A stretch of DNA of 64,000 nt from Octopus sinensis (GCF_006345805.1 NC_043000.1:69564001-69628000); one strand, 5' to 3'. Positions 47,450 through 61,600 are shown, counted from the stretch's first letter. Numbers and translations are program-made. The notes: a model not told the origin generated them from the sequence alone.

Positions 47450-48500
47450 AAAGACTGGAATATCTACAGTTTCCTGTGAGCAATTTGAATTTCCCTCAAA
47501 ATAAGTTAAAGAACTTACATATCTACAGCTTTCGAAGACATAAACAATTAGCTTTAAAACCTTTGATATTTTTTCTGTAGTTTCAGCTCAGAGCTACGGC
47601 CATGCTGATGTACAGCCGTTATATCTACAGCTTCTGTGAATATCTATCTCTTCCTTTCCCCCTGAGTATTCGAAAATGTAAACATCCTCTTTATTCCAAG
47701 AACACTACAGTTTTCTCTGTTCGGACCGACAAAAGATCATCTCCAGTATATTTTAAAAACTTCAGTTCTACAATTTTCTGTGAAAAAATTTTAACTTTAT
47801 TTTCTTTCCGTTCCTTTTTCTCTGAATAATCGAAAATGTAGACATCCTTTTTATTGTAAAAAAACAAAACACCACAGTTTTCTCTGAACGGACATACAAA
47901 CGAACACCTAAAAAAATTTAGAAACTTTAATATCTCCAATTTATGTGAACATTTTGTCTTCCCGTCTTCCCTTCTTCCCTGACTAACAGAATATGTAAAC
48001 ATGCTTTTATTGTAACAACACAATTAAATGCTCGAAAAGAAATTAAGGAAAATAAGCACCTGCCAATATATACATACTGCACAACTACAAAAACTGTAAA
48101 CCACAGCAAAACTCTCAAAAAGAAATTAGCAGTTCCAAAAGAAAAAGAAATTCATCTCTTCCTACTACTATTCCCAAAGACTGGAATATCTACAATCTCC
48201 TGTGAATATTTTAAACCTCCCTCAAAATAAAATATGTTAGGAAACGTACATACCTACAGCTTCCGAACACACAAACGATCAGCTGTTTTTTAAAATAAAT
48301 CTTTAATATCTACAACAACTGTGTGAATACTTAACCTTTCCTCTCTATCTGAGTATTCGAAAATGTAAATATCCTCCTCCTTTTTATTCTAAGAACTCTA
48401 CCATTTCTCTCTGTACGGTCATACAAAAGACCACATTTAGTAAATCTTAAAACTTTAATATGTAAACACACCTTTTATTGCAACAGCACAAGTGAATTCA
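47450..48500. repeat. Degenerate ~140-160-bp tandem satellite-like array with a ~720-bp offset duplication
   Basis: Recurring ctaca..ctgtgaa..ctgagtattcgaaaatgtaaacatcc..ttatt..cagttttctctg..cggac at about 47620, 47765, 47930, 48305 and 48460. aaagactggaatatctaca recurs at 47452 and 48177. Confidence 0.65.
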
Positions 48501-48542
48501 GAAATTCAAAAATTCAACAACGTGAATATCAGTATATATAAG

Positions 48543-48575
<33 letters not shown>

Positions 48576-49049
48576 CTGTGTGTATGTGTGTACACATATA
48601 TATGTATTATTGTTGATTTTTCTACCAGTAATTACAAATAGAACATTGTTGAATTGCTTCTTTTCAAGGCAGCGCTCTCAGTGGCCACTGGTAGTAGTAA
48701 ACACATTTGACCTCTGCTGACCCAAAGGGTGCAAAGATTCATTTGTCTCTATGGCTGATCTCCCCATCTACCGAAGCTATTTATAGACCTGTAGAATATG
48801 ATCTATTCAACAAACTGCTATACAACTATTTCTTCCAAGAGTGGAAGTGGTGGTGATGGGGATAATGTTAAAAATAATAATATGTTGCAGCTGCTAATAC
48901 CAAATACTTCTAATACTACAATAATACTACAACTACTACTATTATGATAGCAAAGGAATCTGAGGCCCAGCTACCACCCTGTTACTGTTGCTGTTGCTGC
49001 AATCACTGCTGCTACTACACGTAAAAGCAATAATATCAGTGATATCAGT

Positions 49050-49074
49050 GATGATGATGATGATAATTATAATA

Positions 49075-49125
<51 letters not shown>

Positions 49126-49127
49126 TA

Positions 49128-49183
<56 letters not shown>
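49050..49183. repeat. (AAT)n microsatellite, 5' flank of Dong-3
   Basis: Direct reading of the sequence. Confidence 0.97.
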
Positions 49184-49184
<1 letters not shown>

Positions 49185-52100
49185 GGAAACGGGCGGAGCC
49201 TCCTCATGGGCTGATTAATGATATATCTAGTGATGGTATCACAATAAAAACCCTGTTGATTGCGCAACCTTATAAGCGCTACCTCACATGAGTGACAGTG
49301 AAAAAACAAAATAGTGTGAATAACGGTGGTAATGAAACTGAAGCAAATGATGGTGACAGTGTTACACCCGTAGGCTCAGAGATTCTTGTCCGGCTCCAGC
49401 TTGTCGATATCCATAAAGGGCCCACCACACACGGCGAAGATGGAGCAAGCAAATCAATGCTGTGGTCATGGAGTGTTACTACCTGAGCAGCCCGGTAGAT
49501 GAAAATTGTGCTCAAATTAAGGTTACCGACAACGTATGTATGAGCATTGGAGAGAAAAGGCATTGTTTCAACTCTCAGAACAGAGACTATGTGATCAAGC
49601 TAGAGCAATAAGAAAAAATAGCTGGTTTATAAAAGTAGAGCTCGAAGCTATCGAAAGACGGGTCATGGAAAACAGCAGCAGAGATAACAATGAAAATACA
49701 GTTCTTAATAATAAGAGAAATCTCATAGCACAGGAAAGGAGCAGTGGTAGTTTACTTAATGAGAGACATATAGATGATCTAAAAGAAGACAATAAAACTA
49801 ATGGAGACGTGACAGACGAACAAAAGCAATCTACGACAGAATAAGGTTAAGACTACAGGAGAAATATAGCGGCATTATTTGCAACCTTTAAAATGTTGAT
49901 CGATGGAAATTGAACCAAGAAACGAAAAATGTCAATGAAATGCTGAAATACATCAGAACAAACAACATCACAGAAACAAATAATTTGATCAAGGCAGCAA
50001 TCATTTTTGTAGCAGAAAACGTGGGTGTTGATGTCAAGAAAAAGAAACATAATGGGAGTAACAAAAGAAAAGGTCCATGGTGGAAAAGAAAAATCCAGGC
50101 AGGGTTAGATATGCTCTCGAAGGAAATCTCTGTGCTAGACCGAAAAGAGAAAGGGGATCTTAAAAGCGAACAAAAATACAGGGCGCTGAAAAGGAAGTAT
50201 AATATTGAAATAAAGAGGCCGAAAGTAGTAATGGAGGAACTGAAACAACGTCTAGTTGGAAACAAAGCAAAGATGGTAAGATACGACCAAAGAATGAAGG
50301 GTTACCACCAGAATAGGTTATTCAGTGTAGATCAGAAGAGATTCTATAAAGAAATAAATGGAGTGTACAGATGAAAATCTGATACCAGATAACATTGAAA
50401 GTCAAAGATTTTGGAGTTACATCTGGAGCAAAGACAAGGAGCAAAAGAAGGATGCTGAATGGTTGCAAGAACTGAAACAAACAGCAGTCTGTCCAAAACA
50501 GGCAGAACTAGTCATTTCAGTTAGGGAAGTGAAGGAAAACAGCAAAAGGATGAGCAACTGGAAGGCCCCGGGACCAGATGGAGTTCAAGGCTACTGGATC
50601 AAAAGATTTGGTGAATGTCATGGACGAGTAGCTGCGCACCTCAATACCTTGTTAAATGCCGACCAAATAAGACCAGAGTGACATTGGGTAGGACAAGGCT
50701 GTGCCTAAAAAAAATTTAAAAAGGCAATACGGTAGACAAATACAAGCCGATATCCTGTATGTCATTTATGTGGAAGTTATTGGTTGGAATACTCGCAGAG
50801 TCAATGTACAAACATCTGAAAAAAATGGAGTACTGCTGCATGAGCAGTAAGGGAAGAGGTATCAATGATCAACTCCTGATAGAAAAACTGTACTTAGAGA
50901 CTGCAAGAGCAGGAAAAGTAACTTAGCCATGTAAGGCGTACGCTATGATCCCACATTCTTGGATTATGGAGTGTATGAACCTATTTGGTATTGCATCGAA
51001 TGTTGAGCGATTGCTTGGAAAACAGTTTGGCGGATTGGAGGACGGACCTGACAGCATACGGAAGAAGTTTAGGGAAAGTAGAGATTAGGAGGGGCATATT
51101 CCAAGGGGACTGCCTTTCCCACGGATCTTTGTACTGTGCTTGATAGCACCAACACTGATTCTGAGGAAAGTAAAAGCTGGGTATGTATTCAAAAGCCGCC
51201 AACAAAAAGTTAGCCATTTGTAATTCATGGATGACCTCAGACTTTATGGTAAAGATGTAGTCCAAGTCAGTTCACACGTTGATACCGTGTATAACCTCAG
51301 TGCTTACATCAGAATGGTGTTCGGACTGAGAAAGTGTAGTGTGTTAGTCTTGAAGAGAAGCAAAATCAAATGTATGGACGAGCTAACGATACTGTCGAGG
51401 GAAGTTATGAAACAGATAAAAGAGACGAGCTATAAGTACTTGGAGATATTGGAAATGGATAACTTGATGGATTAACCGAACGGAATAGATCGAAGCTTTC
51501 AACACCTGGGTAGTTCCACTCCTTAGATATGGAGCAGCGGTAACCGCATGGAGAGTAGACAAACTAAACAGCTTAGACAGAAAGACAAGGAAGTTGCTAA
51601 CTAGATATGGGTCACTCCACCCAAAAAGTGACTTAGACAAACTGTGTGAACCACGAAAAAGAGGTGGAAGAGTACTTATTGGATGCGAACACAGCATTAG
51701 AGCAGAAGAAAATATCATAGCATGGTATGTAAAAATGCCACAGAACTGCTATTATTATAAGTAAGGTCAGGCTTGTGTAGGATGAAAGATTGCAAAGATA
51801 AAGCACTATACAAGAAATTGAAACCGAATGAAACTGAAAATAGGTGGGTAAAGAAAAGAATGCATGGTCAATTTTATAGGGATGTTGAAGATAAGACAGA
51901 ATTAAAAAATGGCTGCGGATGACTAAAAGTGATTTAAAACCGGAAACGGATGCCCTAATCTGTGCTGCCCAAGAGCAAGCACTAAGAACAAACTGCATGA
52001 AACACAGAATAGACAATACATCATAAAGTGATAAGTGCAGAATCTGTGGACAAAACGGTGAAACCGAATGGCATATTACCAACCAATGTACGCCACTAGC

Positions 52101-52613
52101 CCAGAAGGAATATAAGAGACGCCACGACAATATAGCCAGGCTTGTCAATTGGACACTTTACAACAAGTATGGACTTGAGAGAGCAAAAAAACTGGTATGA
52201 CCACAAAACTGAAGGCATCGTCGAAAATAAAAATGCAAAGATCCTATGGGATTTTATGATTCAGTGCGACCATAAGATAGAGAATACGAAGCTGGTCATA
52301 GTCTTAATTGAGAAAGAAAACAAAACAATGCTGGATCATATATATAGCATGCCCAGCTGACAACAAGGTATGCGATAAGGAAGAAAGAAAAGTCGAGAGT
52401 TATGACAGGTCAGCGTGGGAAGTTAAGCAGTTGTGGTCGATGAAAAAGTTAGCAGTAGTACCAATAATTCTCGGAGCTCTGGGAACAGTGAACAAAAATC
52501 TAAATCTAGAGAAGTACATGGAACAAATAGGGGCTGCAATGAGGGTGGAGCACTCGCAGAAAACAGCGCTGCTTGGAACTGATCGAATACTCCGGAAGGT
52601 GCTCAAAAAATAG
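49184..52613 (+). mobile_element. Old, heavily disrupted near full-length R4/Dong LINE (Dong-3), 3'UTR lost
   Basis: RRWSKQ.NAVVMECYY..SEQRLCDQARAI, NWKAPGPDGVQGYWIK, GIFQGD.LS, FMDDLRL, YKYL, RHD, LWDFMIQCDH, ALLGT.RILRKVL. Confidence 0.88.
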
Positions 52614-52614
52614 G

Positions 52615-53096
52615 CAGAACCGAGAAAATCATCGCAGATGTGCGTGCAGCAGTGAGGGGAAATCGTCGAACCACCATCCGTGCGTTATCAGAGATGTACA
52701 AATTAGTTACGGTTTATTTCAGTTCATTATCACAAGATTTGAGTATGAGACGCGTGTCTGCCAAGTCTTTGCGAAAACTACTTTCAGCTGACCAAAAAGA
52801 CACTTGGGCTTCAGTTGCACAAGATCTCCTTGAGTGTGTCGAGAACGATAAATTCTTTGTGAAAACTTTGCGTAGGCCTCTGAGCAGGTATTTGATACTG
52901 CTCAAATTTCTTAGTCATGGTCAATGCGACGATCATACGATACACACGTTACTTCCAATCACTGCTATAAACAGCGGAAGTAAGCTAGAATGTTAAAAAT
53001 TAGTGCGCGTGCACAAGATAGTTGAAGTGGTTTTACTGTGTGTACTTTAGCTTCGTTACTACGGCAACAGTCCGGATATTTATTGATCAGACCAGG
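52615..53096 (+). mobile_element. Internally deleted mariner fragment with 3' TIR
   Basis: NRRTTIR..DLSMRRVSAK..KLLSADQK..AQDLLEC; ends ccggatatttattgatcagaccagg-TA (mariner-type TIR). Confidence 0.7.
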
Positions 53097-54464
53097 TACT
53101 TTACAATTTTCGTGAGAGTGAAATCACATAATTTGAAGTGACCGTAGCGCAGGGAATGCCTGTATATATGTGTGTAGTTGTGTAAATTTGTAAATGTTTA
53201 TATGGAGAGAATATATTTAAGGTTTAGAACATGAAAGAAATGTATGAGAAATTAGCAAACAGTACGAATCGAAAAATAGTAATCTTGCTTTCTGTGTTCT
53301 TTTTCTCTCATCTATTTTCAAAGGATTCTACTCTAGACTTGTTTCACCTTTTTTAAAGACGGTCTGTGTATTGTGAAAGTATTGTATTTAATGCTTTACT
53401 GTTTAAATATGATGTTCTAGGTTTTGACCTTCCGTTGCCAGAAATATTATTGAATTAAGGTTATAAGTGTGACAAGTAAGTCTTGTGACAAGCATGTCTA
53501 TTTCAAAGTGGCATGTGAACTGAAAGAACATCAAGAATTAAGAAAAATAAAATTGAACCTGAACTTTTGAACAATTTTCAAAAGAAGTAATATACTGCAG
53601 AAAGAACCATGAGTATATCATCTGCCGCAGTTTTAATCCAACATTGAGTAACCAACACACTTTGAATTACTGAAGTTAATTATCTTAGCGTCTTGAATTA
53701 TTGTATTTAGTTCTCTGCTTGTATGCTTTATTGATGAAGGTGTCGGTGAATCACTTTCAGATATTTTTTTGCCTTTACCAATATATGTATTTTTAGCAAA
53801 ATTCATCAGCATTTTCCTGACTTGTTTTATACTGCATTTTCCAACATACATTTTATTTTTGGTAACTTTTATCCACTTCCTGTCCAACACGCACTTGCTA
53901 AACAGTATAGCTTAACTTCTTCCAACTTCTAAGTACATGATATAGACTATTATCTGTATATTATTAGCGTAACTAATTCTGAATTGACAATTAAAGCAGA
54001 AAGATATAATGGAGAACACGATATATAATTTGCCGTTTCTAATCTAGTGCTTTATTGATCAAACTTCAAATCCGTTTATTATCGATATTTCCTTTCGTTC
54101 TCTTAAGGTCGATAAAATACGAATGTTACTAGTTTGGTTTCATTTGGTTGCTAGAAAAGAGAATGTAGCAAGTATCAATATGCTTTCTACTTGTTTACTG
54201 CAGCAATATTAGCTTTTCAATCTAAAGTTATAAAATGTTTTAAAATATGCTTTTGTATAATTTCAGCCACATTACTTTCTATGATATTGGGTTCTATCTT
54301 TAAGCTACAATGTCCTGAAAAAATCGTTTTTTATTTTTTACCTTCGAGTTTCCACGTATGTGTGATATACGCAGGCAAGCGACATCTATACACACGCGCG
54401 CGCGCACACGCACAGAGACACATACACACGTACATACACACTTAATCACGCACGCACGCGCACA

Positions 54465-54505
<41 letters not shown>

Positions 54506-55755
54506 ACACATACACATGCTTGTTTCTGTCCACTCGTACATGCATAATAGCACACAAAACATATATCGTATAGGGCGCTGCTTAAATTTCCTCGCAACGA
54601 AACGATTCGCGGCGAACATATAAACAGTGGCAAAAGCCATTCCAGCGGAAGCAATTTATGTTCTCATATCTTTAATGACCCTAGAAGTCAAGTGTTATAA
54701 AATGTCATTTCCCCGTTCTTATGAATCTGAAGCACTGTGTAAAAGATTAATAGAAAATAAATAGACTGCTCTTAATCCAGACGTAATCCATTGCAATTTC
54801 TCAAATAAATGTTTTATTCTGATAAATAAAATAAAGTGCAGCAACTCCTGACTTTTGCATTTTTGTATCAGGCATCAAAGTTTTTTTACTTTAGGTATAG
54901 AGGAGTGGACCCTAAACATAATCTTTCTTAATGTGATGGTAGTTGCAGTATAACGCTATAGTTAGCAACGTATTTTATCAATCTCACCATCATCAACTGT
55001 GACGGCCTTAAGAACTTTCTTCCCGGCTATATTTATTTGTCTTAGGATATTCATCCAAGAGAGACCTGTGTAGTATGTAGTATTTTAGGCTTGTGGCTTT
55101 TAAACTGTGACTAAGCCTATCATAAAATACCCTAAGCCTCCGCGAAAGTCTTAAAAAGGAAATATATAATTTCACTGGTAACACCCACATTGGCAACTCA
55201 TTTTCATAGCTAATTCTCAAAATGTAGTTGAACTTTTTGGTGAAATTCTTTTTCCTAGTAAAAACAATTGTTTGCACTTAGTTAACCCTCCATGAAGTAG
55301 TATCAACTGCACTTTCTTTTGCGTAGTGTTACTGTTTATCATAGGGTACAAGCCGTAAAGTCTTTCTATGGGAAGGTTTCCGCCAGATAAAACAGACATC
55401 GCACAGCTTGTGAGTAGCATCTCAGATGGTTTCTCTTGAGAGGTGGAAACTTCTCTTTTAGCGCATGATTAATGACACCGGTAAATACAGTCACTAAGCT
55501 ATAGGAAGATTATACAAAATAAAACCGTTAGACAATTCTTTCTTTTTTAGGCTAGTAATAGTGCATTTCAGTTTTATCTCCTCTTGCTAACATGCAAACC
55601 ATGCATCCTAATCATATCTGGGACACAAATCCCTTACACTCTATAACCCATCACTGTTGTCCAGTAATACTGAGAAAACAGATACCTCTGCATATGTAGA
55701 ACACTCATACATATGCACTCTTTCTATCTCTATCTCTGCCTCTCTGTATTTCTGC

Positions 55756-55786
<31 letters not shown>

Positions 55787-56698
55787 CAATCCACATCTCT
55801 GACTTGGGTTCCAGCAACGATATCCAGATACTCTCATTCCATTTATTTCTCCCCTATTTCTCAAAAGTCATTTACAGGTACCGCTGCCAAGACTTCTCCA
55901 ATCATCACGAAACAGTTACCTCTAATAAAGGTTTCTATTAAGCATTGTCTCTCTAAAACCACCATCCAAATTGACTTCATTATATGCGGTCTCTCACTGT
56001 ACTTACGCAAAAACCTGCTGTTGTAACAGGAGCCAAATTAGTTGCTATTCTGAACTGTCTGCAGTAGATATAAATTTTCTCTCCGTAACATTAACTGACA
56101 CTCCGACCGTCCAAGAGCGTTTGATCTGTTTTTCCAAACTCAGTCTTGACATTTCTCACCTCTATCATCCGATCATTGCCCAGTGAAGGTAACACATCTC
56201 ACAACATTCTAACACATCTTTTGTTACAAACACTCTGGCACTTCATGTCAGGTAAGTGATCTGAATACAGTATGGACTGTTCTATATCGATTGGTTTTGA
56301 CAGTAAATGTATTTGAGATAGCTGAGTCACCGAGACCAGCCACTTAGTCAAGCCCTTCATAAAACCAAAAGTCATGATTCCCATACACCAAGTGGGTGGT
56401 TATAACTATGTTGCAACAAAACATGCAAAAAACACCTCCTATAATATATGGAGGAAGTCAAATGGGAAAGATTTTACTCCTCACCACAGTGCTTCAAAGG
56501 CTATCACTAGAAGAAACAAAAGGTGCCTTTGTGCAGTAGTTTTTAGAAATAGTTCTAATCTGGGAAAACTTGCAAAGGCCATCAACATTGCTCCTACTCT
56601 CCTAATGAACTCCTGAAAAGATTCGTTATGTTTAATAAGAAGAATAGGAGCCTGTTCTCCACAGTGTGTGTGTGTGTGAGAGAGAGAGAGATAGAGAT

Positions 56699-56745
<47 letters not shown>

Positions 56746-57699
56746 GCTATTGATGTTGTTTTCTAGAATAGATCAAGTAAACATCAATTCTCAATTTAAC
56801 AGTTCATATTTGGGGTTGGGGTGCGAGTTTCCACCAAGTTGTTAATCATAGTTAACTTACACTTCCTCTTGTTCTCTGGAAGGTTACACTTTTTCAGTTG
56901 AGTGAAATGACAGCGTTCTTTAGAGATCCTACCCACATGTTTTGAAATTTGATGTTTAGTGCAACATATTTTGGTGGGAAGTGGTTATTGTAATGTAACT
57001 GTTGATAACCTTGCATATATCTTTATAAGTAACTATACCTCTACAAAGTCCTTAACCGTGAATATACTTGATCAGGCGGTACAAAAATGCTTCGCTTAGC
57101 CTAACATTTGACTAGTTTTAAGCACAGTAGATTTGGATCATCGAGTTTCATGAACTGAAGGTAAACGTTCGAGAGGTGCTCAGTTGTACTAGAGTTGTAA
57201 AAGCTGCTTGTAAATCTGTCAGGAGAAGATAATGTCAATTTATCTTGTTATTTCACTTATAATCCGTTGTAAACTAAATTGTAATTAGTGTAGAAGGATC
57301 CAATATCCAACAGCAATCTGCTTGGCAGACGTTAAATCGCTCTACAATAATGAGAAGAGTGTGCAACAAATTGACTCATCACATCATAAGTATTTCACCC
57401 TAGATATTCGTTGCTGTTGGTTTTTAAACTTCACTGATAATGAAATTCTCTGATGGAGACAATAGTAAAACACACGACTTTGAATTATAACAATAAAAGG
57501 AATCAATATTGTAGCACATGGAGTCACCCCGTGATGGATTGAGCATTAACGAAATTTCTTGAGACTAGGAAAGTTTATGTATAAAAAATCTAAAAGAATT
57601 TATTATAGGTTGCTGATTTAGCAATTATTTAAGCTAGACCATATAGGTGTGTGTGCGCGTGTGCGCGTGTGTTTATGTGAATGCGTGCGTGCACGTGTG

Positions 57700-57950
57700 C
57701 ACTTATGTGTGTATATGTGTGTGTATATGTGTGTGTGTGTGTGTATGTTGTTTGCGTGTCTGTGTTTGTCTCCTCACCATCGCTTGACAACCAATGCTGG
57801 TGTGTTTACGTCCCCGTAACTTAGCGGTTCGGCAAAGTGATCGACAGAAAAAGTACTAGGCTTACAAAGAATAAGTCGTGGGTCGATTTGCTCGACTAAA
57901 GGCGGTGCTCCAGTATGGCCGCAGTCAAATAACTGAAACAAATAAAAAAT
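57700..57950 (+). mobile_element. 3' half of SINE family 1
   Basis: (TG)n..catcgcttgacaacc.atgctggtgtgtttacgtccccgtaacttagcggttcggc..aaaggcggtgctccagtatggccg CAGTC aaat AACTG aaac. Confidence 0.85.
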
Positions 57951-57973
57951 TTTTTAAATAATATACATATGTG

Positions 57974-58023
<50 letters not shown>

Positions 58024-58058
58024 CATACTCGCATATGTACACCCACACTCACACCCAC

Positions 58059-58110
<52 letters not shown>

Positions 58111-58949
58111 CGAAGAATTCCCTTTGCAAATACTAATAGGGCACAGATAGTGTGTCAATAGCCAGGAGATGTCTTCTTGGGGCTACAAGCTACACTAGCA
58201 TCAACTCTTAAGCGTTAGCCGCATTTAGGTGGCAAATATACTTCACGTTATATATACATATACATATATAAATATATGTATTTACATATATAAATATATA
58301 TATATATATATGTTCTAGATCTATGCATGTATGTGTATGTTTGTATTAATGTACATGTGTATGCATGTATCCACGATTTGTTCATCATCTGCATGCCGTC
58401 AGTTTCAGGATTTATTTTGTTTTTATTCGTCTATTTACGGCATTCAATGATTGTTGTACAAAATCTTAAAGTAGGTGGGTAATGTATTTCAGAGAATTTA
58501 TTCCAGTTGTCTTATGAAAATGTTTGTTGATAAAACATTAAAACCTGCTTTCGTTTATGGTACATCACAAGCAACTGATAACATTGATCCTTCCCATAAC
58601 TGGTTTTAATTTGCTTATAATATCAGATAAGTTCTCCTAATATTATATTCTTCTTATTTGAGACACCAGAATGAACTACGTTGTTTACTCCATTTTTATT
58701 TGTGATGGTGATGGTGCTAATGCTGAAACCATTTACACTAACATGATTTAAGACCCAGTTTTTGTCACGTTGTTTTCATGACAGTTTAAACATACGGATT
58801 CCAAAGAAGATAACAGTCGCAGTAAAAGATTAGTATAATTCTTTAAAACTGACTAAGGAATGCTCATCTCGACATGTGGACTTAAGTCTCGTCTGTCGAG
58901 CTTCGCGGAGATAAAGTTGATCTTCACAACCAGAAATAACACTTGTTTC

Positions 58950-61051
58950 CATGCATATGTATGTGTGTCATTATTCAGTTTATTCTAAGGTTTCTTGCCA
59001 ATAGAGAAATAACCGGTTTCTAGCCTAGATCCAAGGTTCCTTCATTGGAATTTCAACATCAACGACAGGGTATTTTTGTTTTCTATGTATGTATGTATGT
59101 ATGTATGTATGTATGTATGTATGTATGTATGTATGTATGTATGTATGTATGTATGTATTTATGTATGTATGTATTATGTATGTACAGATTTGTATGTTTT
59201 ATGTATGTATTCTCATGCATTTAGTTGCATACCTAGACATGCTTATATATATTTAAATGCTAAATTTCCGGAAAGTTTTACAGATTTTTACAGTTCCAGT
59301 GATGGATTGGATCTGTAGTCTTCCTCCTTTCTGGTTTTGAGAAGTCTAATTTCTCAAGATTGGTATTTAGGCAGTGTGTTACATATCCCAGGGTCCCTAA
59401 TAATCACAGGTATAAACCTGAACTTGTAATCTAGATAGAGTAACTGCAGATTTCTCAATAGTTCAGCATAGGTGTTCTCTTTTTCACTGATCTTCAGCTT
59501 TATGTTAACATCCGCTGGGTAGCTAATTTCCACGACTGTGTGCAATTTCTCTTCTCTATCTCAAATCATTATATCAGGTGTGTTGTGTTTGTATTTTATT
59601 GAAATCTTCACTGGGACATTCCATCAGTACTCCTTTTTATTATGAGTGGCTATGGCTTCTACCTTTTTATGGGTTTTTATTTCTTTGTCCTCGAGATTAT
59701 CCTTCCGACAGATTTCATTAAAGAGTGTCCTAGCTACAACGTCATGTCTCCTCGGTAGATAATACCGTGCTGATGACGTTTTCAGACAACTGTTTATGAT
59801 GTGGGTGATATCTTCAGTGTGAACTCCACAAATTCTGCATCGGTTGTCACATTTTACGGCTTTTTCCGCATCTCTATCCCTTTTGTGCATCAGGTACTTG
59901 TTTGATATTTCCTGTTCTTGGATTTCAAACGCATATCCTTCAAAGTGGGAGGTAGTAATGCGGCTATTGGTACATGATAAACTGCTTTGATGATCGATAT
60001 TACTATCATCACGGAGGTTTCTACTAACATATCCATGCATAGTCTTCTGCTCATATATTGGCTCATCCTTTCATCTGATGATATGTTGCGGTAGAGTCGT
60101 GCGATTTCTTTGGTCATGTATTCTACGTTATCAGATAAAGAGTGTTGCCAAGGATCTGCCTTCCTAGTCTTATGATGTTATCAGCCTCATGTATGTATAC
60201 TTGGTCAAAGGATGCACTTCGACGCTTGGTGGTTAAAAGATGTTGCCGAAGGGATATGATGCGACATTCAAAGGCATTTTGGATTGATGTTAAGCTTTTG
60301 CCGCCTTGTTTACGCTTTAGGTAGAGGCGGTCTACGTCACTGTGGAAATTATGTGTGCTTGTTAGTATTTTTAGGGTTTTCAGATCAATGGCTCGGATCT
60401 TATCACGCATCCATTCGAGCAACCCAAATGTTGGTATGAGTAATGGCACTGCAAACACATTGTGGGCCAGCGTTTTATTGAATGCAGGGAGTTCTGAGGT
60501 TCAAGTTCTCTTTATTCGGTTGTAATATTCTTTAGTGACACGTGTTTTGTCACAGGTGCCATTGTAAGATATATTTTCATCCACCCCTAGATACCTGTAA
60601 CATTCCCCATCAGCTAAAGGGGAAACAGTCAAATCATTGATGGAGATGTTATTAATCTGGTTTATAGTTTTCCTCCTTTTCACAACCATATAACATTTAT
60701 CCTGACCAAACTCCAACTCGGCATCCTTTGATAATGTTGTAACTTGGTCATGGCTCATTTTCATCTCATGCATATTCTTTGCATTGAGTTTTAAGTCATC
60801 CACATAGAAACAGTGTGTAATTTTGGTATTTCTGTTTTCTTGTGAACCAGTGAGATACCCTTCAAACTTCCGTAACATGAATGACAAGAGGTTTACAGAA
60901 AGTACAAACAACATCACAGATAATACAGTCACTCTTTGTGATTAATTCCAAATGGTAGCCCACGATGAAGTCAATTCAACTATAGCTTTGACTATTCTCA
61001 CTGGAACTTTAGCAAGTTGAAGGACTTCTAGCATCCATGAGTGGGGAACAG
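58950..61051 (-). mobile_element. 5'-truncated degenerate R4/Dong LINE (CATA-flanked lineage, copy C)
   Basis: TVPHSW, FYVDDLKL, YRYLGVDEN, CRICG..EDITHII, RRHDVVA, KHNTPDIMI. The 3'UTR has internal (CATA)n (59085-59160) plus a tail; the 5' end abuts (CATA)n at 61052-61115. Confidence 0.88.
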
Positions 61052-61149
61052 TATGTATGTATGTATGTATGTATGTATGTATGTATGTATGTATGTATGT
61101 ATGTATGTATGTATGCGTGAATGCGGGTGTGTGTGTGTATATATGTGTG

Positions 61150-61600
61150 TGCGTCATTATTCAGCTTTATTTCAAGATTTCTTGCTAACAGAGAAAGAGT
61201 CAGTTTCTAATCTAGATCCAAGGCTCCTTCATTGAAATGTCAACAATATCAACAGGGTATGTTTGTATGTATGTATGTATGTATGTATGTATGTATGTAT
61301 GTATGTATGTATGTATGTATGTATGTATGTATGTACGTACGTACGTATGTATGTATGTATACATGTATGTATGTATGTGTGTGTGTATGTATGTATGTAT
61401 GTGTGTATGTATGCAGATTTGTATATTTTATTTTGTGTGTATTCTCATGTATATAGTTGCATACCTAGACATGCTCATATATATTTAAATGATAAACTTC
61501 TGGAAGGTTTTACAGCTGTTTACAGTTCAATAGCTTTCTCCTTTCTAGTTTTGAGAAGCTTAATTTCTCAAGGTTAGCATTTGGGTAGTGTGTTCCCAAT
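61150..61600 (-). mobile_element. 3' fragment of the same CATA-flanked Dong lineage (copy D)
   Basis: Matches the ORF end, 3'UTR, internal (CATA)n and tail of copies A and C; the 5' end abuts (CATA)n at 61603-61638. Confidence 0.8.

Noticed and set aside
47450-48500. Regularly spaced repeats as a CRISPR-like array
   Set aside because: Units are long, degenerate and contiguous, with no constant short repeat and unique spacers; the context is eukaryotic and has no cas genes.
53350-56620. Short ORFs (53633-53890, 55008-55420, 55971-56616) and a CAGGTAAG donor near 56249 as host exons
   Set aside because: No recognisable domain, frequent stops, and no consistent exon chain.
56780-57300. Possible decayed GIY-YIG PLE fragment on the minus strand
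   Set aside because: Only faint resemblance across several broken frames; needs a profile search.
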